A stretch of DNA of 64,000 nt, from contig JBHGNT010000020.1 of assembly GCA_043228905.1 (NCBI GenBank), positions 8,184,001-8,248,000 of the forward strand, given 5' to 3'. Of this stretch, positions 49,651-61,700 are shown piece by piece. The notes below the pieces were generated by a model. It was not told the origin of the DNA. It saw only the letters and a list, made by a program, of their open reading frames with translations, and did no database searches. Origin of the DNA: Azolla caroliniana (lineage: Eukaryota > Plantae > Polypodiophyta). The first letter of the stretch is position 1. Each line of letters begins with the position of its first letter. The translations under genes and the position numbers were made by a program.

Positions 49651-50438
49651 TGTTGTGAGGATTTTCAGCCATGGTGAGAAAACTCGAGCGGGAGGAATAA
49701 AACAAGATGTGCAACATTGCATGTGAACTTAAGAAAATTGTAACATAGGAATAATAGACAAATGTAAGGAGGAAAAGTAAGATGTAAAGGTATAAAGGTG
49801 ATGTGCACTTTGTAGACTAGAGGGAGGCACATGAAGTATGGGTGTAGGGAGTAGTGGGCATTGAGTATTGTTGAGATACAAGCTCAACATTGGCCGGATC
49901 GGCTGTGCAAGCCGAGAATTGGATCGGTTGGGGCCGATCGGTTAGGCCGGACCGATGTGTAAAATGGGTGCGTAAACAAGTACGCAAACTGGTGCGTAAA
50001 GCGAAGCCGTAGCGGTGCGTAAACCGCGAGGCCGTTTGAAAGATATTCCGCGTAGGTATATATTTTGGGAGTTAGCGTAGAGCTCAGTTATGAGCATTGA
50101 AGTATGTGTCAGTACTTTTGTCAGTCCGTATGGACTTGTATAAAAGTGCTCACTGAGCACATCCTATGTACAGATTGAGTATTGTTTTGAATCGTGTGTT
50201 TTTCTCTCTATCTCTCCTGCATACTGTGCATATACAAGCTCTCCATTAAACCTGCGTATTTTCTGTGTTCGATTTCCTATTGCTTCCGCACGCTATTCTT
50301 TACATGGTATCAGAGCGCAAGGGTTGAGAACCTTTGCAGGCGACATAGCTTGAAAGGGAAACTAACCAAGAAGAACATGTAAAACCGATGGATAGAGGCA
50401 TGGCTAGCTCGCTTCCGACAGAGAAGCTCGACAGAAAC

Positions 50439-50791
50439 TGTCACGGATCATAAACTCAAGAGACAACCAAGAAGATAACCAAATGGACAAGAAAGAAGAT
50501 AGTACTAAAGGAAAGACTCCATAACTGGTGTTGTTCACCTTGAATTCCTTCAAGGTGAACTCCTCTATTTATACTACATGGCATGCATACTTGTTGCATG
50601 CATGTGAATCTACAATAGAGCATGTAGGTATGCATGCATGTGCCAAGTGTAAATACTACAAGGGAGCAACTATGCACATGATGCTAGCAAAATAATAAGG
50701 ACCAATTACATACATAACTAGTACTAGATATCTTGGTTAACTCATAATAGTAGATTATAACATGGTCGTGTCAAGAGTTCGAATCTTGACA
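50439..50791 (-). mobile_element. Solo LTR (353 bp), related in layout to the TRIM LTRs
   Basis: TGTCA...TGACA termini, TSD GAAAC, TATAAATA on the minus strand. Ends in GAGTTCGAATCTTGACA. Confidence 0.85.
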
Positions 50792-53700
50792 GAAACAACT
50801 ACACATCTTGGTACTTCAAGATGCACCAGTACTGCTCGGGCACAATTACTGGAGCAAATGACACAACATCCGAATCGACACACAGAGATTTCCCAGTGTG
50901 GGAACAATCGGTGAGCAGGGTACTCTACTGCTTCGCTTCTTGTGTGGGTGCACAACTCCTAAGCTACATTTGGGATGCAAAAACGCCGAAAGATGCTTGG
51001 GGAAATTTGAAGAAGATTTTCGCTGCAAGCACTACATCCAGGAAGCTTCAACTCCGACAGGAGCTGAGCAACCTACGATAACGCGCTTTGTCGGTGGCTG
51101 ATTACACCTCGAAGATCAAAGATATATGTGACTCCTTAGTCTCCATCGATATGAACGTCGAGGAAGGTGAGATGGTGCAGATCTGTCTCGGGGGACTGGC
51201 GTCGAAGTTCAGAGCATTCCGAACTATTGTGTGTACACGGGAGAATACGTCGTCGTTTTTCGACCTACAATCGATGCTCCTTATAGAGGAGAACCACGCG
51301 GGTGCGTCGACGAGCACGCATTGCTGACAACAAGATGTTGTACACGGAGGGAGATAGGCCCCATGGTCGTGGCGAACAAGGCGAGTCGGTGTGCAATGGA
51401 GGCGGCCGACAGGATCGAGGACGAAGGCACCGAAGTGATGCCGATAGCAATTCTAGACCCTCTGGAAACAGGGGGAGTCGAGGCGATGAGAACTGGCAAG
51501 GGAAATCCGTTGCAGAATGCTGGTACTGTGGCAAGAAAGGCCACAAGGAGAGTGAGTGCTGGAAGAAGTGCGCCGACTCAGAGAGGACCGGATCCGGATC
51601 AGGCTCTAGACAAACCGACAAAGGAAATCGGCAGCGATCGCACTACGCCGCAGGGTCCGGAAAAGCCGGAAAAGGGTCAGCCTTCGTGACGAGACACGAC
51701 GCAAATTCTATGAAGATGTCCACCCCGAAATCGGACGAGGTGTGGTACGTTGACTCCGGTGCGTCAAACCACATGATGTGCGACAAGGAGTGGTTCTTGT
51801 ACCTGGAAAAACCGATGCAACCGGGAGTAGTCGCAACCGGAGACGACACTCCGCATCCGATCGCGAATGTCGGTGAAGTTCCCTGGAGCCATGTCGGGCA
51901 GAAAGGGAAACTTATGAACGTGTTACACATCCCCATAATCACGAAGAATCTGGTTCACGCGTCTCGTGTGCTTCATCAAAGAAGAAGGCCGAGTTATTGC
52001 GCAAGGGCGCAGAGACGGGAGGATGTTTATCCTCCTCGACTCTAGTGATGGTGGCATCGCAATGTTCACGAATGGACAAAAAGTCGAGTCAAATATCAAC
52101 TTATGGCACAAGCGGATAGGCCACGTCAACTATCAACGGCTTCAGGACCTGCAATCGAAACAGGTGGTGTTCGGATTACCCAAATTTAGTGGCCGGAAGG
52201 CACGAATTCGTGAAGCTTGCCAACTCGGGAAGCAACACCGACTTCCATTCCCTAACGAGCATAACCAGAGCCGGAACAAGCTCAACTTGATACATTCCGA
52301 TGTATGGGGGCCGACATAGAACGTTAGTCTTGGTGGGAGTCGATATTTTGTCTCTTTCATCAACGACTATACGCGACACACGTGGATCTATCTCATCGAG
52401 AAGAAGAGTGAAGTCTTCGACTATTTCCGGGACCTCAAAGGGTTCGTGGAAACTGAAACAAGAAGAAAGATCAAGTGCTTGCGGTCGGATGGCGGAAAAG
52501 AATACTTTTCCGGTCAATTCAACAGCTATCTGCAACAAATGGGAATTCGGCACGAATTCAGTTGTAGATACACGCCGAACCAAAACGTCGTGGCCGAGAG
52601 GAAGAACCGGTCAATTGTAGAAGCGGCATGGGCAATGCTGGAGGAGAAGAGCTTGCCCAAGTTCTATTGGGCCGAGGTGGTACGAACCGTAGTATATATC
52701 CAGAATCAGATCAGAGACAAAGTGTCGGCGCATGAGCAGTATTTCGGAAGGAAGCCGAATCTACGACACTTGAGAGTTTTCGGTAGCATTGCGTATGTGC
52801 ATGTACCGAAGGAGAAACGGAGGAAGTTGGACGTGAAAGTTGAGAAGTGTATCTTGGTCGGCTAATTGGACGAGCAGAAGGGTTATAAGTGTTATAACCC
52901 TCACACCAAACAAGCGCGCGTGAGCCGTGGCATTGTGTTTGACGAGTCCGCGTCTTGGTACTTGCCTCCGACTTTGGACCTCACCTCCAAACCGAGTTCT
53001 GATGATGAGGTCAGCAAGGCCAAGATGCCTCTGGATGAGCCTGAAATCGGGACCCACGAAGAGAGTCCGATTTCATTTCGGTTAAGCGGACAGGATGGAC
53101 GACTGAGTCGGTTCAACTAGTCCGATGAAGAGCCGGCGAGTAGTGGAGACTCGGCCGTGCATTCCCCGTGACGTGCAAAGAAAAAGGGAAGAAGAAGGTG
53201 TCAGATTACAACACGGATAGGAACGAGTCTGATTGATGCGAGTCCGACTCCGAGGGAAGTGACGACGGGTCTTCGAGAGTGAAGTCCGCGTCGGCCATGA
53301 AAGCCTCAACATCGGCTAATGAGCAATTACGCCGATCAACCCGCTAGAAGAACCTTGCTGTGCGGTTTGGTTACAATGAGCACATGGCGCATCACTATGC
53401 GTACATGACGCATGTAGCGGAAGTGCGTGAGCCGGAGAGCTACGCAGAAGCGGCGAATGACACAAATTGGCGTGCCGCAATGGAGGAAGAGATGTGTGCA
53501 TTGGCGGAGAATGAAACCTGGGACTTGATTGACACACCGAAAGGTGTGAAGCCGATCGGATGTAGGTGGGTGTACAAGGTCAAGTACAACATTGACGGCT
53601 CGGTCAACCGCTACAGGGCTCGGTTAGTAGCAAAAGGCTACGCGCAGAAACACGACATCGACTATGACGAGACGTTTGCGCTGGTTGCGAAGATGACGAC

Positions 53701-53948
53701 CGTCCGTGTTTTTCTCGTGGTCGCTGCGGCAAAGGGTTCGCACTTACATCAGATGGATGTAAGGAATGCGTTCCTGTAAGGTGAGCTTGAGGAACAGGTG
53801 TACATGGTACAACCCCCTGGATTTCACTCCGGAACAAACACTTCGGCGGTGTGCCGATTGAAGAAGTCCCTTTACGGACTAAAGCAAGCCCCGCGTGCTT
53901 GGAACGTGAAGATCACGCAACGATTGCGTCGGATGGGCTTTGTGACGT

Positions 53949-55073
53949 TGTCATGAAGATTTTCGGCAATAGTGTGAAAATCCCATAAAACGTACGAAAT
54001 CGAGTATGAATCACATAGTACAATAATTGTGAAGATAACATTTTAAATAAATTTAATATCTAAGTACAAAATGATGGAGGTTTCGGATGCACTTTATTAC
54101 ACGAGAAACGGACAACTAAATGTCAAGATATGAGGGTATAAAGTTTGTGAAAGGAAAAGAGAAAATTGTGAGATATCCCACATAGGCACGACAAATACGG
54201 CTCTCATCATATATAAGGTGGAGCAAAAGATATTATCTTTGTGTCTATGTGTGGAGCATAGAGAGTTCAAGGTAACTTGAATTAAGAGTGGAGGTGGGCT
54301 AGCTACTCGTAAAGGGTTTTGGCTAACCAAAACTGGACCGACGATGGAGCCGGTGATCTGGCGGCATCCGACGACAATCCGGCGACGGTGATCTGACGGC
54401 ATCCAACGCCAGTGAGACACCGGCATCCGACGGCGATGGCACCGATAACCGACGGCATCCGGCGGCGGCACCGGTAACTGACGGCATCCGACGAACCAGC
54501 GTCCGAAGACTAGATAAATAAATATATAAATATATATACATATACAAGGAGGGCAAGGAAGGATTCGAACCTTGCACCTCCAAGTTAGGAATCAATTGGC
54601 TTACCATTAAGCCATGCTATTTAGTTGAAATTATATTTCTATCATTGTACTTTTACATGTAAATTCTCATACATGAGAGCTAAAATGAGTGATATGGTTA
54701 TCATGCACCACATGTAATACGTAAGCGCCAAATGGCAAACATGCAATTCATGTATGTCTTGTACCCTCACATGCATCATATGCATGAGAGCATCTATAAA
54801 AGAAGGAAGGGGGAGGAGAAAAAAACACGGTTTTTTTTTATTATGAAATTAAGAAGAAGAAATTCGTTATCAAATTGATGGTGTAACTTGTTTCTTAAAT
54901 CCAAAGATAAAACTTCAATCAATCTTTCTAAATCGTTTAATCTCAACTTCTCTCTTTCCCAATCTATCTTAAGTACTTTCTCGCCAAAGCTTGTATCGAC
55001 TTTGAATCCTTCCGGTCCAGAACCCCGGCGGTTCCGCCTCACGATCCGCGCGTAGTGACGGATCTTCACGACA
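53949..55073 (+). mobile_element. Solo LTR (1125 bp, Ylt1-like family) in Copia 3 RT
   Basis: 12-bp terminal IR TGTCATGAAGAT/ATCTTCACGACA. 4-bp TSD ACGT. RT frame FVT/SKSD resumes on removal. Confidence 0.9.
54548..54620 (-). promoter_or_regulatory. tRNA-derived segment with consensus A box and B box inside solo LTR
   Basis: Minus strand TGGCTTAATGG (A box) ... GGTTCGAATCC (B box), with an AAGG/CCTT T-stem. Confidence 0.72.
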
Positions 55074-56630
55074 ACGTCAAAATCGGACTCCTCACTGTTC
55101 ATCCTAAAAGGTCGACTCTTGCCGGTTAGTATTTTACTTTATGTTGATGACTTGGTCATCACCGGCGCCGACCTAGGTGAGATAGACCGTGTGAAGCTCC
55201 AACTCACGGCATCATTCGACATGAAGGATCTGGGGGACCTTCATTACTTCCTCAGGATTGAAGTCATTTGTACCCCCGAAGGCATATTGATTAGCCAACG
55301 TCATTACGCGCTGAATATGCTCTTCAAATTCGGGATGGCCGACTGTAAGTCCGCCTTGATTCCTTTGGATAGAACCGTCAGGCTTCGCCCCGATTCTGGA
55401 AAGGTATGTGACCCGACGAGGTTCCGTTAGATAGTCGGAAGCCTTATTTACTTGACCATCACCCGACCAGATCTCAGCTACCTAGTCGGGGTGATTAGTC
55501 AGTTCATGGCGTGACCGACCGAGGAGCACCTTCAGTGCGCATAACGCGTACTCCGGTACATCAGTGGCACTAAGGACCAGGGGCTACTATATCGGGCCGA
55601 TATTGCCACGCAGTTGGTCGGTTACACCGATGCTGATTGGGTCGGAAACGTCGGCGATCGCCAATCCATGTCCGGTTTCACGTTCTCTCTCGGGAGTGCC
55701 GCGATCATGTGGAGTAGCAAGAAGCAGCCGACAGTTGCGCTGTCGAGCACCGAAGCCGAGTATAGAGGAGCGGTTGTCACGACATGCGAAGCCATATGGT
55801 TGAAGCGGCTACTTAAGGATCTGCAGGTGGAGGTATCCGATCCAACGACAATCTACTGCGACAACCTCAGCAACATTCAGCTTGCTAAGAACCCCGTCTT
55901 CCACGCCCGGACTAAGCACATTGAGGTGCACTACCATTTCGTCCATGAGCGTGTCCTCTTCGATGAAGTCGAACTTCAGTATGTTCCGACGGATCGGTAG
56001 AACGTTGACATCTTCACCAAGCCTCTTGGTTTGGACAAGTTGCGGCAATTCTCGGGTGCGCTTGGGTTGCATCACCTCGACGTGCCGAACTTGAGGGGGA
56101 GAGAAGTTTTGGAAGACGAAGATTGCGACGCTGAGTCGGATGACGAATTCGATTTCAGATCGGCTGAAGAAGCCAAGGGCGGACCCGCGGAAGATTCCGA
56201 AAGCAGACATAAGGGGAGCAGTCGAAAGGAAGAGCCGAAGCCAACCAAGGGTGAGAAGACCGAGGACGAGTTGGAGACAACCAAGTCGAACGAGAGTGAA
56301 AACCGATCGGAGGAAGCTGAGTCGGTTTGGATGTTTGATTCGGATACGCTGAATCAAGCAAGGGCCAAGTAGAAGAGAAGGCAGTAGAAGAGGCGCCAAC
56401 ACCGCAATAGCAAGGAAGCTAGGAGGAGCCCTATGAGCAGACAAGCTGACCGAAAGGGTCAAGGCACGCGGAATCGAACGGGACGAGGCGTGTGGAATCG
56501 AACGGGTCGAGGAGTGCGAGCGAGGCGTGAAGCTAGAAGGAACTAGAGAGCAAATCCAAAAGAACAGATGGAACCTCAAGTTGAGCTTGAGGGGGAGTGT
56601 TGAGATACAAGCTCAACATTGGCTGAATCC

Positions 56631-57108
56631 CCGGCTCCGCCTCGCCGGCTCCGTCGAATGCCGATTCCGCCAGGTCACCGGCTCTGCCACTGCCTCGCCG
56701 GCTCTGTCGGATGCCGATACCGCCGGATCACCGATCGCCGGTTACCGTCGAGTTCCGTTTTGGTTGGTCAAAACCTTTATGAGTGGCTAGGCCACCTCCA
56801 CTCTTAGTTCAAGTTACCTTGAACTCTCTATTCTCAACACGTAAACACAAAGATAATAGCTTTTGCTCTACCTTATATATGATGAGAGCCGTATTTGTCG
56901 TGCCTATGTGGGATATCTCACAATTTTCTCTTTTCCTTTCACAAACTTTATACCCTCATATCTTGACATCTAGTTGTTTGTTTCTCGTGTAATAAAGTGC
57001 ATTCGAAAGCTCTTGAAGACCTCCATCATTTTGTACTTAGATACTTCACTATTATTGTTTTATGTGATTCATACTCGATTTTGTACGTTTTATGTGATTT
57101 TCACGACA
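56631..57108 (-). mobile_element. Truncated LTR of the 53949 family, inverted, within the Copia 3 3' LTR
   Basis: Reverse complement matches about 53975-54400. Begins TGTCGTGAAAATC. Confidence 0.85.
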
Positions 57109-57900
57109 GCATAGTGCTTAGTTATGAGCATTGAAGTACGTGTTAGTACTTTTGTCAGTCCGTATGGACTTGTATAAAAGTGCTCACTGAGCACATCCTA
57201 TGTACAAATTGAGTAATTTTTTGAATCGTGTGTTTTTCTCTCTGTCTCTCCTGCGTACTGTCCATATACAAGCTCTCCATTAAACTTGCATATTTTCTGT
57301 GTTCGATTTCCTATTATTACTTCCGCACGCTATTCTTTACAAGTATGTCGGTGAGAGGAGAGGGAGTTAAGACCCATTAATCTCACCTCTTAAGATCGAG
57401 GTCAAATACTGTCATTTGAAAGAAAGGGGATTGGACCACTCCTTTTTGTAATGTGCCTCACCCCTTATTACTATAAAAGGGAGTGAGGGGTCACTTTTGA
57501 GGGGCTTCCACTTTTTGGTTTCTTTGGGTTACCATGAGGGTTTCGGAATTTTGGGTTTTAGGATCTCGTTTTAGGGGTTTCATTCGTCTTCTTCTTCTTC
57601 TTCTTCTTTTCCCCTATCCGGTTAGGGTTTCATCTAGAGGGTTTACATTCGTCCTACATGGCCACAATTGTAATTGGTATGGTGTTTTCCATAATGTATC
57701 TTGTCTTGTTTAGATCTTATTCTCTTGAATCTTAATCTCTCACATCTTAATCTTTCTTTTCCTTCTCAGTTGAACTCCCAAGCTTCTCTCCCTCCTCTTA
57801 CTCCCTAGTCCAAGACCCCTTGTGGTACCCTCCTATCCGACATGTACGTGTGTATTTCCGCGACATTTGGTGAACTTGACGTGAAGGGCAGCAAGGGAGG

Positions 57901-58739
57901 ATGAGGATGGAAGCTTTATGGGAGGTGTACGGGTACGAGAAACCGGAGCGGCAAGGTCGGCATGAGTTCGATCGATGGGTAGCGTCAGTGAAGGCCCATC
58001 AAAGCGCGATGGAAGAATTCCAAGTGTTCAAGCATCGTTTTGCTCAACTCTCGGAGTGGGATCGGAGATCGGTGGGGGTGGACAAAGTCCTCCTATTTTT
58101 GAAGACGGTCCATCGGGAGGAAAGGATGGACATTTTATTCGACCTCGAAGATGATCATGGAGCACACGACCTCACTGACGATTGGTTCGAAGTGGAGTGG
58201 GTATGTTGGCAACACGATGAGAAACAATCGGCCACAACACGGCCCGCGAGCGGCGGAGAAGAGAGGGTGGTGAGTGACTATGCACTATCGCCGGAAGAGA
58301 GCTCAATGCGTAATGGTTCGGAGGAGTTCGACCTAGAAGCATTGATAGGGGAGGCGTACGAGATCGTGAAGTCAAAGATCGAAGCCGAAGACAGGTTTAT
58401 TAAGGAGTCGGGTCTGAGAGGATCGGAGGATGCGGAGGTAGACGCGTCCCTATGCATGGAGGACGTGGCCTATGTGGAGGCCAAAAGAGCGTACAACGGC
58501 GACATGGGAGAGGGTGTGGAGCGAGTGACCCTCTCGTCTTGTGGTGAAGAGACGACCATGGATAAGGCCGAGGACAATGGGACAATGAGCGCCACTTCGA
58601 GTGTGGGCGGAAGTTTCGGGACATGGTTTCCCGAAACATCGAGCGAGGAGGAGGCAAGCGTAATCGAGGCTTGCGTAAAAGGAGACGGGGTAGCTACGGA
58701 CAACGACGTTCGGGTGGAGGTGGCTATGGACATGACATC
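57901..58739 (+). CDS. Gag-like fragment of Gypsy E, truncated by Gypsy D
   Basis: Lies directly after the PBS. FKHRFAQLSE...DKVLLFLK...LTDDW helical gag-like sequence. Confidence 0.55.
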
Positions 58740-61700
58740 TGTTGTCCGCCGGAATAGTAACCGACGGACAAGAGCGTAGGAATAAGAAATAATATAAGAT
58801 CATAATGCATGTAACGGTTCATGCAGGAAGCGTGAACGGCTAAAAAGACCCTGCATATATAAAAGGCAGAAAACCTCTGATAGAGGGAGCGTGTAATTTT
58901 GGAATGTAAAGAAGCGTATCGTAATAGAATTCTATCTTCTCTGAAAATCTGTGTATAGCTACGGCTAATCTACTGTGTGTCTGGAATACCTGAGAGTGTA
59001 AGAACGTGAGTTTGTAACCACTGATAAGGAGTCGGTTGTAGCTGTCACCCTTATACACTGCTAGGTTATGGGGAACATTCCCCTACGTATTACGCATAGA
59101 CGCCACCATTCGTTGTTCCACAACCACTTGGAGGTCTAGGTCGAAGGATTGATCGCAGACCGTGTTCCTAATCGGTAACACTTTTGGCATGCTTGGTGAT
59201 CTGTGTCTTCTCACAGACAAACAACGATGAATGGATGTTTAGCCGCAGACGCCCTAGAGAACCAACACGACAAGACCGGCCAATCACAAGGTCTGTCACA
59301 TGCCAGGCAGAGGAACGCGCACGGCAAAAGCCTCGCCTTAGCGACCTCAGTACTACCTGTCGTGATTACAAGGGTGATTCTTCGCTCTCCAAATACCTCA
59401 ACGATACGCGGGGAGCACGCTCACCACAACAACACTGTGGTCTTTTCGGACCCACCGTAGCCCCCAACATGGCCTTTGCCTATCCCTGCTTTAATGGCGA
59501 AACCGACGCCGCAACCTATATTCGCATGTTCCTCAATGTCTGGAATGCGAACCACATGGTGTAGAGCCCTTCGGAGGTGGTAGCGCACCAATCGAAAATG
59601 ACGGAGTTCGGGTTAACATTGGATGGGCGAGCGGCATTTTGGCATTCACAGATGGATTTGCCAGCAATCACGACCTTCGATCAACTGCAGTCCGCTTTCT
59701 TGAGGTTCTTCCATTGGAGGGTTCCACAACGTGAAATCCTCGAACAGTTCTACACGATTAAGCAACTACCGACCGAGACGATCGCAGACTTTAGCTTACG
59801 TTTCCAAAATTTACGGCGGAAACTAGAATGGAGCCCCGCGGAGGATGAGGCTCGAGAGACATTTCTGGCAGCATTACGCCGACCCATATAGACAACGCTC
59901 AACAACAATAGCATGAAAGGGGAGACGACGGATATGGTCATTGAACGAGCGTTACAACTCGAGTTGGACGAGGAGGAGGAAAGGTTTTCTATGTCCTCCT
60001 TACGACAAGCGGTACCCCAGGACGAGGAACGCCAGTTTCGTCAAGCAATCCAGTGCACGATTTGCTTGAACTCGGGGCATTCCGCAGTGGAGTGCAACAT
60101 GTGAATCCATTGACCAATCTGCCACTCGAAGGCTCACACAGTCGACCAATGCGAATACAATATGTTGAACAGAGCCGCTCCCACAGTACGCAGCATGGAC
60201 ACACAACGTCCCCCACACCGTACTGAACAAAGGAGGCAAGAAGACTGGCCATGGTATGTGGATCGCAACCCACGTGACGACTGGCACCGCCGGAATCGCC
60301 GGAATCACAACGATTCCGAGGAAGACGAACCAGAGGATGAGGATTACCGTGGACCTCCAAGTTATGCTAAAGGGGGCCGACGCTATGAGAATCACCGCCC
60401 GACAAACAAACGTGGCGGCTTCAATGGTTATCGTGCGAAGCCGCGGCAATATCGAGACCACCGGTGCTACGGCGAAAGCTCGGGAGATGAGCGACACCAA
60501 GAACCACACCGGGACCAACAACAACCACCGCATGTGTTCCGACAAACGAGGCCGGACCGTGAGGAGCAAGCCGCACCAGGGGATCGGCACACACCACCAG
60601 GAGCCGAGAAGGGCGAATCAAGCATCCATTGTTTTGTTTGTTAGCAGCCCGGACATTATGCCACGCAATGCCCAACATGCAAGGGCAAGGGGCCCGCCGT
60701 CAATACGATTACGACGGAAGTGCAGTAAGTCACGACATGCCAACAAACAAAAACGACAGATTGGGCCGCGCAAGGTGAGATACGACGGCAAGCCCAGGCA
60801 TGGGTGGAAAAAGCAAATGCGACCAATATAGAGCGCATGCAGAAGGAGTCCGCGAATACGAGGGAGCGCGTGGAGGACGAAGGACCGGTCCCGGACCCCA
60901 TTTGGCAGGCATTAGCGGGCTGCGAGATAACGTTAACCATGGAGAAGCTGCTGCAGCTAGTCCCACGCTTCCACCAGACCATGGAAGAACGGGAGACAGG
61001 CATACCCGGAGTGAGCGTCGCCACAAACCTTACTGACGTTAGCGACGGACCGCCTGTAGTGGATCACCACAACCCGACTATTACATTGATATTACACGGA
61101 CAAGAAATTCCTGGATGCGTAATCGATGGCGGCTCAGGCGTTAATGTAATTAGCGCAAAAACTTGCGAGTAGTTAGGCATTTCAAAATGGGAGGCTTGCC
61201 CATTCTGGCTCGAATGGCAGATACCCGCTCAGTACAACCATTGGGGTTAATTCGCAAGATAGGCATTATCGTGGGCGGACGTCAATTCGACATCTCGGTG
61301 GTCGTCCTTGCCTTGGACGCCCCAGGGGCGTACCCAGTGCTTCTAGGCAGACCATGGCTTCGAGCAACAAATATCAAGCAAAGCTGGCAACACAAGTGTA
61401 TCAGTTTCCGACATGGACGCACTAAGGTTCACGTACCTACGGAAGGAAGCACGCCACAACCCAAGGGTATAACACCATTATACGCAGAAGATATAAATAT
61501 GTTGGCTGGGGTGGAGGATGCAGAATTAGAGCCATACCTAGATGAGCACCCTCGGATCATTCCGCTGTTCGAAATCAACGTCATCGCAACCACGGAAGAA
61601 TATGCCATGGCCACTATTCTCCATGACGAGGCTTACGAACCAAACCCAGAGTCCATATTGGAACTCAGCAGAGCACAGGCGGCATTCGGAAGGGAAATGG

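Larger units (their letters stand above)
49869..57341 (+). mobile_element. Degenerate Copia 3 (same lineage as Copia 2) with three nested LTR insertions
   Basis: LTRs 49869-50304 and 56598-57341. TSD AGTAT. PBS TGGTATCAGAGC 50305. Gag, PR (YVDSGAS), INT, RT (YVDD) and RNase H with many stops. Confidence 0.93.
49651..58739 (+). mobile_element. Ylt1-like Gypsy E: 5' LTR (49651-57865, interrupted by Copia 3), PBS and gag fragment
   Basis: LTR end shares CCTAGTCCAAGACC...CGACA with the 24179 solo LTR. PBS TGGTGAACTTGACGTGA at 57868 resembles the tRNA-Trp complement. Gag-like ORF from 57901. Confidence 0.7.

Noticed and set aside
54548-54620. Functional tRNA gene
   Set aside because: Acceptor and anticodon stems do not pair well, so it is reported only as tRNA-derived.
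57350-57430. Possible decayed tRNA-like module in the Gypsy E LTR
   Set aside because: Position fits, but there is no recognisable B box (GGGTCTTAACTCCC only).
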